From an uncultured bacterium (lineage in GTDB: Bacteria > Chlamydiota > Chlamydiia > Chlamydiales > SM23-39), in assembly GCA_964641775.1 (NCBI GenBank), contig CAZXLK010000004.1, positions 1 to 39,965 of the forward strand: a DNA stretch of 39,965 nucleotides. The letters run 5' to 3'. This document shows positions 19,073 through 27,539 of this stretch, in pieces; the first letter of the stretch is position 1, and each line of letters begins with the position of its first letter. A model generated the notes under the pieces. It saw only the letters and a list, made by a program, of their open reading frames with translations, did not search any database and was not told the DNA's origin. A program made the translations under genes and the position numbers.

Positions 19073-19564
19073 ATGACATACCCAATAAAAAATGACCCTT
19101 TTTTATATAGTTATTACCAAACAATAAAAGGTAAATTTCAAAAATTAGAGAGAGCTGATCTTGCCTCTAACTTAGACAATCTTATAGAGACGGCTAATTC
19201 TAGTGATGCCTGTTTTCAGATTCTATTAGATGCCCAATTAAATGCCCAAAACCTAATGAAAACACAAAAAAACGATATTAATTATCCCTTTATTCCGGAT
19301 AAAATTCCGGAAGAAGAAGAAAAAGATGGGGATCAAAGAGTACAATTCAGAGTCCAATTTAATGACAACATAGAAACTCGCATCTATGATCTTATGGAAA
19401 GTGAAAGCGAAGAAAAAGCTGAGCATTTTCAAGAAGTTCATGATGACATGCCAATGTACTACTTCGAGACACAGGATTTAATTAGGGATCTAAGCAATGC
19501 CTTGGGTAAACGCAAATGGTTTGCTGAATATCAAAATGAAGAAGACGACGAATTCTTTAACTAG
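19073..19564 (+). CDS. Hypothetical protein, paralog 2 of tandem pair (RVQFRVQF motif)
   Basis: Identical AAGGAGATAATTATG start context. Shared blocks PIK, NSSD.C, EEKDGD, VQFNDNI, ET.DLI.DL and WFAE. Confidence 0.85.
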   Translation: MTYPIKNDPFLYSYYQTIKGKFQKLERADLASNLDNLIETANSSDACFQILLDAQLNAQNLMKTQKNDINYPFIPDKIPEEEEKDGDQRVQFRVQFNDNIETRIYDLMESESEEKAEHFQEVHDDMPMYYFETQDLIRDLSNALGKRKWFAEYQNEEDDEFFN

Positions 19565-20238
19565 CTGAATATCAGGAAGACAGCGGGCTCTTTTCCTAAT
19601 TGAACGGAAGAGCTTTTCCATTCCTTAATGCTTTGAGATATTACTTGTTGTAGGGGGCCTGTAAGGTTGACAGCCACACAAAGCTCTGTTGTAGGCTGGA
19701 GCTCCTTTTTTAAAGCTTCTAACATCTTGGAAGAGCGGTAAGGCGCCTCAATCCAAATTTGGCTGCATCCTCGTGCTTTTGCCTCAAGATCTTTGATCTT
19801 TTTGATCAGGAGATGTTCTTCTCTTGGCAAATACCCATGAAAACAAAAATTTTGTCCCGAAAACCCTGAAAGCTGAAGGGCTAGGATAATGGAACAAGGA
19901 CCCGGGACGGCATCTACCGCGATTTTGTGTTGGTGGGCGAGCTTTACGATTTCAGAGCCGGGATCAGCAATGCAAGGGACTCCTGCATCGGAAATAAGCC
20001 CCCAAGTTTGCCCTTGCAAGATAGGTTCTAGAAGAGGCGCTATTTCTTTTTGCTCTGTATGCTCATTCAAAAGCCGGATTGGGAATTTCGTAAGCTCTTC
20101 GTGCGATACGAATGTACGCAAATAGCGCCTTGCGCTTTTTTCACTCTCCGCAATCAGCCCATCGATTTTAACATAGCCCGATGGAGTCTGGCTTTCATCT
20201 AAAACATTGGGAAGAAGAATTAGTTTACCTGCGGCCAT
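19561..20238 (-). CDS. rsmI: Tetrapyrrole-methylase-family SAM methyltransferase (RsmI-like)
   Basis: LNEH, LISDAGVPCIADPG, VPGPCSIILALQLSG, FHGYLP and EAPYR motifs. Confidence 0.85.
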   Translation of the reverse strand: MAAGKLILLPNVLDESQTPSGYVKIDGLIAESEKSARRYLRTFVSHEELTKFPIRLLNEHTEQKEIAPLLEPILQGQTWGLISDAGVPCIADPGSEIVKLAHQHKIAVDAVPGPCSIILALQLSGFSGQNFCFHGYLPREEHLLIKKIKDLEAKARGCSQIWIEAPYRSSKMLEALKKELQPTTELCVAVNLTGPLQQVISQSIKEWKSSSVQLGKEPAVFLIFS

Positions 20239-21202
20239 AATGTAATGAGTAGCGAAATAGATCTAAAAGAGCAGCTTCATTGGGAGTGCCGCTGCGAGCT
20301 AGAAGTTCTACATCAAAAATAAGATTCAACCCTGATTGAAAATAAGATCTTCCCAATTTTGCTGCTTGCACCATCCTTTTTTCAAGAAGCTTTGGCCAAA
20401 CTTTTGGCATATATGTTGCCCATTTTTCTTTGGAAGTATTGGCAGCTGCCAAATCGACAATTTTTAGTCCCATTTGCAGCTGATTTCGAATCACTGGCAT
20501 TAGGGGATGGAACATCGATGGATCAAGAGTTGGATTGTGTCCTTCCCAAACAAGATCTTCTGCAATTTTCCAAATAGCTGCCGTATGAGATTCTGCAGAA
20601 ATCCGAAATACATCTGCTCTTTCAATCGTAGGCTTTGTTCCAACATAACAAATCAGCTTATCCACTTCCGCTTTCAAAAGAGCAGGATCGCTTCCTATCC
20701 GCTCCAAAAGAAGCATGATCGCATCAGGAGCAATTCTTTTGCCTGCCTTTTGCGCTCTCTCACAAGCAACAGCGGATCGCCTCTTATCTTTATCCCACGA
20801 TTTTTCATCGAGACAATCTAAAACAACACCTGCTTTTTCAATGGAAGAGATGAGAGCCGTTTTCGATTTCACTGAGCAAATGAGATAGCCATAGAGATGG
20901 GACAGACTAAGAGATAGCGCTTCTTGTTCTTTCTTTGCCATTTTTTCTGCATCGTGAATGACAACGATAGGATCTCCCCCAAAAAGAGAGGGGCTAAGAA
21001 GGGCATCGGAAATGTCCTTGAAATTGACTTCTGCCCCATTTAAAACAGTGAGAGGCTTGTCCCTAAAATACGTAAGGATAGCATCGATCCCGATAGATCT
21101 TTCATATTCATCCGGGATGGCTACCAAATAGCATCTTGCCAAATGATCAGGCGCTGCCGATGCAAGATGCTTTTGAAATGCGACGAAATTTTGATAACGC
21201 AT
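20225..21202 (-). CDS. holA: DNA polymerase III delta subunit
   Basis: SPSLFGG, EVDKLICYVG and IWKIAEDL motifs. Adjacent to the rsmI-like gene, as in Chlamydia CT047/CT048. Confidence 0.82.
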   Translation of the reverse strand: MRYQNFVAFQKHLASAAPDHLARCYLVAIPDEYERSIGIDAILTYFRDKPLTVLNGAEVNFKDISDALLSPSLFGGDPIVVIHDAEKMAKKEQEALSLSLSHLYGYLICSVKSKTALISSIEKAGVVLDCLDEKSWDKDKRRSAVACERAQKAGKRIAPDAIMLLLERIGSDPALLKAEVDKLICYVGTKPTIERADVFRISAESHTAAIWKIAEDLVWEGHNPTLDPSMFHPLMPVIRNQLQMGLKIVDLAAANTSKEKWATYMPKVWPKLLEKRMVQAAKLGRSYFQSGLNLIFDVELLARSGTPNEAALLDLFRYSLHYGRR

Positions 21203-21613
21203 CTAAAGGCCCCAAACAAAATCGATTTCTTGAACCACATCGGAATGGATGCTTAGATGGACCGGGCAGTTTAGCGCGAAAGCTTCCAGTTTTTCCCGAA
21301 TTTGCGGTGAGGGCAAATGGGGAGAGCGTATCCGTATGATCAATTTTCCAACACGCCTTTTTGGAGATCCGGCCATCTCTTTTTCTACAGAGCCCTCGGC
21401 TCCTTCCATATCAAAGCCTAACTTTTTGGCATGCATTGCCATAATCGTCAAAATGCAGCTTACAAGACTTGCAGCAAATAAATCGGTGGGTGAAAAAGCC
21501 TTCCCTTCTCCTCCAATATCTTTGGGCGCATCCGTTATAATTTTTGCCCCCGAATCTTCATGCGTCATTTCAGTACCTAAATCACCCAAATAGCGCACTT
21601 TGATTTTTGTCAT
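21203..21613 (-). CDS. OsmC/YhfA-family protein
   Basis: TDAP..GG.G..FSPTDL, SCIL and CPVHLSI motifs. Start ATG 21613. Confidence 0.9.
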   Translation of the reverse strand: MTKIKVRYLGDLGTEMTHEDSGAKIITDAPKDIGGEGKAFSPTDLFAASLVSCILTIMAMHAKKLGFDMEGAEGSVEKEMAGSPKRRVGKLIIRIRSPHLPSPQIREKLEAFALNCPVHLSIHSDVVQEIDFVWGL

Positions 21614-21680
21614 GGCTGAAGTATGGATCAAATTTTTTTGCTTTTCAAGAAGTTAAATTTTTTGTATCCTCTTCGTCCTT

Positions 21681-22064
21681 ATGAGAACATACTTTTGTCT
21701 AAATATGGCTGCCCAGTGCCTATATTCTCTTCAAAATCCTCAGCAAGAAATCCTCGCTACCGCTGAAAAAGTGAAAACTTTTGCGATTGGATTGATTATT
21801 CTATCCATTGCGTCCATTTTTTTACTAATCAGTATCAATGCAGCCATTGGCATAATTCCAATGCTTGGGTTTATGTACCTTTGCACTGAAGTTCGAATCG
21901 TAGCAGATAACCTGCAAGAAATTTTAGAAAATCCCTACAAAAAACTCTATGCCGGTTATGCGATGTGCTGCTCGGATGAAAAGCTTTTTCGCTATGTTGC
22001 AGACAAAGCCCCCTTAATTACTTACTTTGGCCTCGCCTATATTGATCAACTAGGAAGACTATAA
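21681..22064 (+). CDS. Hypothetical membrane protein with one long bilobed hydrophobic segment (Inc-like)
   Basis: FAIGLIILSIASIFLLISINAAIGIIPMLGFMYLC followed by a helical hydrophilic region. Confidence 0.65.
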   Translation: MRTYFCLNMAAQCLYSLQNPQQEILATAEKVKTFAIGLIILSIASIFLLISINAAIGIIPMLGFMYLCTEVRIVADNLQEILENPYKKLYAGYAMCCSDEKLFRYVADKAPLITYFGLAYIDQLGRL

Positions 22065-22117
22065 CCTCCGCCGGAGCCAACCTTCACTCAAAAAATTTGG
22101 ACTATCATCTTTCCTCC

Positions 22118-22147
22118 TTGACAATGGCCATTAGCAAGAGCTAATAT
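22118..22147 (+). promoter_or_regulatory. Sigma66/70-type promoter TTGACA-18-TAATAT
   Basis: Perfect -35 box. The -10 box ends 7 nt before ATG 22155. Confidence 0.6.
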
Positions 22148-22154
22148 AGGTGCC

Positions 22155-22316
22155 ATGATTTTTTTCCGAAGAAAAAAAAAGGCAGCTCCTCCTTCTGAGC
22201 AGGAAAAGCCTAAATCCACAAAAAAAGCAGCTCCCTCTCCCCCTTTGGAAAATATTGTCCAAACAAAAGTCATCACCGCAGAAGGCTGGCGCCGCCTCAT
22301 GGCAAAAAAGAAGTAA
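22155..22316 (+). CDS. Small basic 53-aa protein (below the ORF-track cutoff)
   Basis: MIFFRRKKKAAPPSEQEKPKSTKKAAPSPPLENIVQTKVITAEGWRRLMAKKK, ending in tandem stops TAATGA, with its own promoter. Fills an otherwise empty gap. Confidence 0.7.
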   Translation: MIFFRRKKKAAPPSEQEKPKSTKKAAPSPPLENIVQTKVITAEGWRRLMAKKK

Positions 22317-22322
22317 TGATTT

Positions 22323-22538
22323 AGACCTCTTGCGTAACGGTCAAGGCTGAGATGCAAAGAGATCGCGAAGCAGGTTTGCATTGGCCGCGCGACTCGGGGT
22401 CCCCAAAGACGCATCGTCTTTGGGGTGAGGGAGCCGTAGCCGAAGGCGCCTACGGCGAGCACGGAAGCTTCTGTCCAATGCAAAGATGCGAGCGAGAATT
22501 TGCAGATCAGCTTTACTTGACCGTTACGCAAGAGGTCT
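22323..22538. mobile_element. MITE-like palindromic element (family B) carrying the 32-bp module at 22396-22427
   Basis: Perfect 23-bp TIR AGACCTCTTGCGTAACGGTCAAG / CTTGACCGTTACGCAAGAGGTCT, with further inner pairing (TTTGCATTGG/CCAATGCAAA, GCCGTAG/CTACGGC). No transposase. Confidence 0.88.
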
Positions 22539-23294
22539 CTATTCTTGTTTGAGGATTTCTTGGGCGAGCGCTCGGTAATCCTTGGAGCCGTTGCTATCTG
22601 GGTCATAGATGGTGATGGGCTTAAGGTGAAGCGCAGCTTCTGCCAGACGGATATTTTCCCGGATTACGGTTTTAAAGATTTGGTCCTGAAAACGGGATTG
22701 AAGCTGGCCCAATACCTCTTTTGAGTGCTTGGTTCGATGATCGACTCTGCAAGGCAAAATGCCTGTGATTTTTAGATTGGGATTGAGCCGATCTTTCACA
22801 AGATTGATCGTTTTTAATAGCTGTACGAGTCCATGCAGCGCCATGACTCTCGCTTCGACAGGAATGAGCACTTCATCCGCCATAGTCAAAGCATTGAGAG
22901 ATAGGATTCCCAATGTTGGCGGACAATCAATGAGAAGATAATCCCATGGTCTTCCCGGAAGGTTTTTGACTTTCGTTTTTAAAATAATTTCTGAGGCAAC
23001 TTCATTGGACAAAGCCTTTTCTACCCCTGATAAAAGAGGAGAAGATGTAACAATATGAAGCGACTCGATTGAAGTCTTTTGAATTGCATCTTCCAACTTC
23101 CCATCTTCAGTGAGAGCCTCAAATAGTCCCTTACCGTGATCTTTGAAGCCAAACCATAAAGAAGCAGAGGCTTGTGGATCAAGATCCATAAGTAAAACTT
23201 TCTTTTCTGCCTCAGCGATTGCTGCTGCGAGATTGACTGCAGTCGTTGTTTTCCCCGATCCGCCCTTTTGGTTTAGAATGGCAATTTTGCGCAT
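22539..23294 (-). CDS. parA: ParA/Soj-family ATPase (no adjacent parB)
   Basis: [34 protein letters not shown] and [10 protein letters not shown] motifs. Start ATG 23294. Confidence 0.92.
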   Translation of the reverse strand: MRKIAILNQKGGSGKTTTAVNLAAAIAEAEKKVLLMDLDPQASASLWFGFKDHGKGLFEALTEDGKLEDAIQKTSIESLHIVTSSPLLSGVEKALSNEVASEIILKTKVKNLPGRPWDYLLIDCPPTLGILSLNALTMADEVLIPVEARVMALHGLVQLLKTINLVKDRLNPNLKITGILPCRVDHRTKHSKEVLGQLQSRFQDQIFKTVIRENIRLAEAALHLKPITIYDPDSNGSKDYRALAQEILKQE

Positions 23295-23380
23295 AAGATG
23301 TGTATAAAAATTTTTACTTACTAAATCAAGCAAAAAAACATCCCTTTTGGTATAATGTTTAGGAAAAAATATGAGGAACT

Positions 23381-24301
23381 ATGTTGGGGATCGATCTTAA
23401 AGGAAAAAAAGTTTTTATAGCCGGCATTGGCGATGACCAGGGATTTGGCTGGGCCATTGCAAAGACATTGGCAGAAGCTGGCGCTGTGATTTTAGTCGGC
23501 ACCTGGGCTCCTATTTTGAAGATCTTCAAAACCTCTCTTGCAAACGGCAAATTTGATGCCTCCCGCCAGCTTAAAAATGGGCAAATGATGGAGATTGCAA
23601 AGATCTATCCGATGGATGCAACGTTTGACACCATGGCCGACGTGCCCCAAGAAGTGCGTGAAAATAAGCGCTATGCAGAGCTTTCCGGCTACTCGATCGA
23701 AGACGTGGTCAAGCAAGTGGAAGCCGATTTTGGACAAATCGATCTTTTTGTCCATTCTCTTGCCAATGCTCCCGAAGTGACAAAACCGCTTCTGGAAACA
23801 TCTAGAAAAGGCTATTTGGCAGCGATGAGCTCATCCTCGTATTCCTTCATTAGCCTTCTTGCCCATTTCGGCCCCATCATGAATCCGGGCGGAGCCGCCC
23901 TTTCTCTCACTTATATCGCATCCGAGCGGGTCATCCCCGGTTACGGCGGAGGAATGAGCTCAGCAAAAGCAGCCCTTGAAAGCGATACTCGAACTCTTGC
24001 TTGGGAAGCAGGGCGCAAATGGGACATCCGCGTCAACACTATTTCTGCCGGCCCTTTTAGAAGTAGAGCTGCCCGCGCAATTGGCGTCATCGATGATATG
24101 ATCAATTACTTTAAAGCCAATGCCCCTCTTACTAAAGACCTTGAAGGTGAAGATGTAGGATCTGCAGCAGCATTTCTCCTCTCCCCCCTAGCTAACGCAA
24201 TCACCGGCACCGTTCTCTACGTCGATAACGGCATGCATGCCATGGGCCTTGCCATCGACAGCGCCGCCCTACAACAAAACAAAACGCCGGTGCCTGTCTA
24301 A
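23381..24301 (+). CDS. fabI: Enoyl-ACP reductase (chlamydial/plant-like type)
   Basis: [42 protein letters not shown] and VNTISAGP motifs. Confidence 0.96.
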   Translation: MLGIDLKGKKVFIAGIGDDQGFGWAIAKTLAEAGAVILVGTWAPILKIFKTSLANGKFDASRQLKNGQMMEIAKIYPMDATFDTMADVPQEVRENKRYAELSGYSIEDVVKQVEADFGQIDLFVHSLANAPEVTKPLLETSRKGYLAAMSSSSYSFISLLAHFGPIMNPGGAALSLTYIASERVIPGYGGGMSSAKAALESDTRTLAWEAGRKWDIRVNTISAGPFRSRAARAIGVIDDMINYFKANAPLTKDLEGEDVGSAAAFLLSPLANAITGTVLYVDNGMHAMGLAIDSAALQQNKTPVPV

Positions 24302-24504
24302 TCTTGCACCTTTTTACACAAATATTCACATTTGGGTAAGTAAGCTAAAGGATTTTTCGGATGATGTAATATCTCCAAACATTTCCTCATGCATTTCCAT
24401 TTCGCTTCAGGACTTTCCCTCTCCACTTCCATCGGCTCTAATTTTTCCCCCTCTTTCTTTTCTCCTTCCACACCAGAACTCAACGGACGTATACTAGGTA
24501 CCAT
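24298..24504 (-). CDS. Small hypothetical protein with twin CX3C motif
   Basis: Strong SD (GAGGAGG) before ATG 24504. CMRKC-x16-CEYLC. 4-bp convergent overlap with fabI. Confidence 0.65.
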   Translation of the reverse strand: MVPSIRPLSSGVEGEKKEGEKLEPMEVERESPEAKWKCMRKCLEILHHPKNPLAYLPKCEYLCKKVQD

Positions 24505-24551
24505 TCTTCCTCCTCTAATTTAAAGAGGAAAAATGTTAACTGAACTACAAT

Positions 24552-25625
24552 TTAAAGTTGCAAGGAAATCTCGGTAAGAATTTTACAAGGGGTGGTTCTT
24601 CGGAGGGTGCGGAGGGCAATTTGCCAATCGTAAGCTTGGTAGGGCTCTTTGGAGATTTGGGAGGGACGATTGGCTCTCAGAATTTGGCCGCAAAAATCTC
24701 CGGTGCCGTCGGAGAGGTAAAATCTCAATTGAATGGTGAGGGTGGGTGTTGCGATTTTTAGAGAGTCGCCGAAATAAAAAACCGATCCTTTTTTTCCATC
24801 AATGGTAATTTCGGTCTCGTCAGAAATGTTGCAAAAAAGGGCAGCTTCAATGAGAGTTTTTTGGTCTTGTGGAGGCTCGCCGGAAAGCGTAAAGGAAATG
24901 GTATTTGGGCTTTGCAATGTTCCGTTGGGAAAAGAGAGGCTATGAAGATTTGAGCCTTTCCAAAGAAGAGTTTCAGGGAGAAAAACATAAGGCTCATTTG
25001 GCAAAAACTTTGGATTTTCGATTGGGAAAAGAAGTGCAGCATGCAAAAGGGATGGATGGTCAGATAATCTTCCAACTCCGAGAATCCATTCGATCGGATG
25101 GGGCCTTGGCTCATATTTTTCTTGAGCCATTTTTTCACTAATGAAAACTTGTAGTTCCGGATAATAAGGCAAAGGGGGGAAATCTGCCCCTGTTAGCTGC
25201 TCGGAGATGAGCCAGTGATACCATTCCCCATCTGTTTTTGGGGTAAAGTGACAAGGCTCTTTTTGTAAGCTTTGGTACCTGTGTTCCCAAAGTGGAGGTC
25301 TCTCTTTTTGCTCAGCATTTTGTAAAACTTTTTCTAAAGCCTCATCTGCCTTGGCAAATTTTAAGACAGGGGCAACTTTGAGACCCATCCAGGAATCGTA
25401 ACATTTTGGAAATTCATGAAGGTGAATGGGGAAATTACCATCAGGGGTTTGAAAACCTATGAGTCTCTCAATCAGTTCCTTCCCTTCCATGACCCCTTCT
25501 ACTGTCTGGGAACGGAGGAGCGCCATTGCAAAGCAAAAATTTTCAAAAATGGGAACCGTATCGTCTAAATGGATAAATTTTGTTCGGGGGCTTTGCCTTT
25601 TTTTTGCAGCATTGAGGATCTTCAT
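24552..25625 (-). CDS. Hypothetical protein
   Basis: 357-aa ORF filling the gap, with a TAAAAT box 6 nt upstream. No family recognised. Confidence 0.8.
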   Translation of the reverse strand: MKILNAAKKRQSPRTKFIHLDDTVPIFENFCFAMALLRSQTVEGVMEGKELIERLIGFQTPDGNFPIHLHEFPKCYDSWMGLKVAPVLKFAKADEALEKVLQNAEQKERPPLWEHRYQSLQKEPCHFTPKTDGEWYHWLISEQLTGADFPPLPYYPELQVFISEKMAQEKYEPRPHPIEWILGVGRLSDHPSLLHAALLFPIENPKFLPNEPYVFLPETLLWKGSNLHSLSFPNGTLQSPNTISFTLSGEPPQDQKTLIEAALFCNISDETEITIDGKKGSVFYFGDSLKIATPTLTIQLRFYLSDGTGDFCGQILRANRPSQISKEPYQAYDWQIALRTLRRTTPCKILTEISLQL

Positions 25626-25681
25626 GTTGGTATTTTACCCATCTCTTGCAAAGAATGCATCGTCATTTCATAGTTATAGAG

Positions 25682-26059
25682 ATGTTTTTTGCAGATCAGG
25701 TTTTGATTCCAAATGAAAATGGGGAACTAACCGCCCTTCCCTTCACTAGTGAGGCGAGCCAGGCCGCTACGACTGATATGGGGATGGCTCTTTTCAAAAT
25801 GTTTATTACCCTCATTGCATTGGTTGTTCTTCTCTATGCAAGCTATTGGTTTTTGCGGCGTCTTATCCAAAACCGGATGGAAAGAGGGGTGGGAGAAAAA
25901 TCCATTCAAATTTTAGAAAAACGGATGATCAGCCCCAAGACCATGCTCTATCTTGTCGCAGTGGACAATAAGAAAATTTTACTTGCCGAATCCCATCTTG
26001 AAATCAAGGGCCTCGAAACTTTTTCAGCCATGGATTCTGAAACACCTCAGAAAGAATAA
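25682..26059 (+). CDS. fliO: FliO-like membrane protein
   Basis: TM helix followed by IQILEKRMISPKTMLYLVAVDNKKILLAES, the typical FliO beta domain. Start ATG 25682. Confidence 0.8.
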   Translation: MFFADQVLIPNENGELTALPFTSEASQAATTDMGMALFKMFITLIALVVLLYASYWFLRRLIQNRMERGVGEKSIQILEKRMISPKTMLYLVAVDNKKILLAESHLEIKGLETFSAMDSETPQKE

Positions 26060-26109
26060 AAAGAGCCTTTATTGAATTCGGCCCTTTGATCAATTCTCGA
26101 ATTTTATTT

Positions 26110-27069
26110 TTACGCTTCGATCTCTTGGGTGTCTTTTGCAATGGCTTCCCTCATTAATGTATCTGCTTTGATATTTTGATATTTCTGGTAGTCCAAGACA
26201 CCGAGATGGCCTTTTAACAAAGCTTGCGCCATTGCCAAAGGGACCTCTGCCTCAGCTTTTCGAACCTTTGCAATATTTTCTTGCTCTTCCGCAACAGCCA
26301 TTGCCCGTCTCTCTTCCGCAGTTGCACGAGCTACCCGCATATCCGATTCGGCTTGATCGGCTCTGAGCCTTGCTCCAACATTTTCTCCGATTTTCAAATC
26401 AGCGATATCAATCGATAGAATTTCAAAAGCAGTTTGGGCATCCAATCCCTTTTCCAAAACGAGTTTTGAAATCTTTTGCGGCGATGCCAGCACCGCTTGA
26501 TGGGTATCTGTTGCGCCAATGGCATTGACAATCCCCTCGCCAACCCTTGCAATCACCGTCTCTTCCGTAGCGCCGCCGACGAGCTGCCGGATATTGGTCC
26601 GAACGGTCACTCGGGCCCTTACTTTTAGCTCGATTCCATTTTTAGCAACGGCCAAGATATAGTCCCCTTTTTCAGGACAATCGATCACTTTGGGATTGAC
26701 CGAGGTTTTCACCGCTTCAAAAAGATCTCGGCCTGCCAAATCAATCGCGGTTGCCTGGCGCCAATCCAAAGAAATATTTGCCTTATCGGCTGCAATCATT
26801 GCTCGGACTACATCATGAATATGGCCCCCTGCTAAAAAGTGGGTTTCCAGATCTGCTGTTGTGATATTTTTCAATCCGGCTTTAAAGGCAGTGATTCTTG
26901 CTGCGACGATGAGCCTGGGTGGAATTTTCCTCAAACTCATTCCAATGATATTGGAAAGGGAAATCGGAGTCCCCGATACAAAAGCCTGAAACCACAAGCT
27001 AATGAAGCGGGTTGTCATCAATGCTAAAATAGCTGCTAAGCAAATAATTCCTAGAATAAACGGTGTCAT
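26110..27069 (-). CDS. floA: Flotillin-like protein FloA (YqfA family)
   Basis: [57 protein letters not shown] and [10 protein letters not shown] motifs. Confidence 0.95.
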   Translation of the reverse strand: MTPFILGIICLAAILALMTTRFISLWFQAFVSGTPISLSNIIGMSLRKIPPRLIVAARITAFKAGLKNITTADLETHFLAGGHIHDVVRAMIAADKANISLDWRQATAIDLAGRDLFEAVKTSVNPKVIDCPEKGDYILAVAKNGIELKVRARVTVRTNIRQLVGGATEETVIARVGEGIVNAIGATDTHQAVLASPQKISKLVLEKGLDAQTAFEILSIDIADLKIGENVGARLRADQAESDMRVARATAEERRAMAVAEEQENIAKVRKAEAEVPLAMAQALLKGHLGVLDYQKYQNIKADTLMREAIAKDTQEIEA

Positions 27070-27527
27070 TTTTTTACCTCTTTTACAAATAGATGTGAAC
27101 CTTGGCCACTCATGACTAAAATGGGAGTTCCTTTATCGATATACCCTGATTTAGATAGAGCCTCATAACTCTCCTCTTCAATCATCACAAAACCGGACGG
27201 TTTCAAATCAGTCGATGCGATTCCAAGCTTGCCGACCAACTCTCTCACATATAAAGAGGCCTGATAACCCTCTTGAGAGTCGTCGGAGATCATCCCCTTT
27301 TTAGCAATTCTCCATAGAGCAACCCGCACAACAACAAATGTTGCAGTTGCCAAAAACGCCATAAAGGCAAATAGGGAAAAAATATTTGGATTTTCCATGT
27401 AAAAGAAAAAACCTGATGCAATCAAAAGCGCAGCACCGCCTATTGCCATAATAGCTCCGGGCAGAAAGAATTCCAGAAAAATCAAAAGAAGGCCCAAGAT
27501 TGCCAAACCAATTGGTATCATCATCAT
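27066..27527 (-). CDS. nfeD: Short NfeD-family membrane protein
   Basis: LEFFLPG, three TM segments and an OB-fold G.A.TDLKPSG motif. Directly upstream of floA. Confidence 0.88.
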   Translation of the reverse strand: MMMIPIGLAILGLLLIFLEFFLPGAIMAIGGAALLIASGFFFYMENPNIFSLFAFMAFLATATFVVVRVALWRIAKKGMISDDSQEGYQASLYVRELVGKLGIASTDLKPSGFVMIEEESYEALSKSGYIDKGTPILVMSGQGSHLFVKEVKK

Positions 27528-27539
27528 AATGCGAGGGCA

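Noticed and set aside
17537-22606. ORFs 17537-17776, 22088-22606 and 22352-22552 sharing GSPKTHRLWG or PKTMRLWG peptides
   Set aside because: Translations of the repeat elements with no credible start context. Two overlap better-supported genes.
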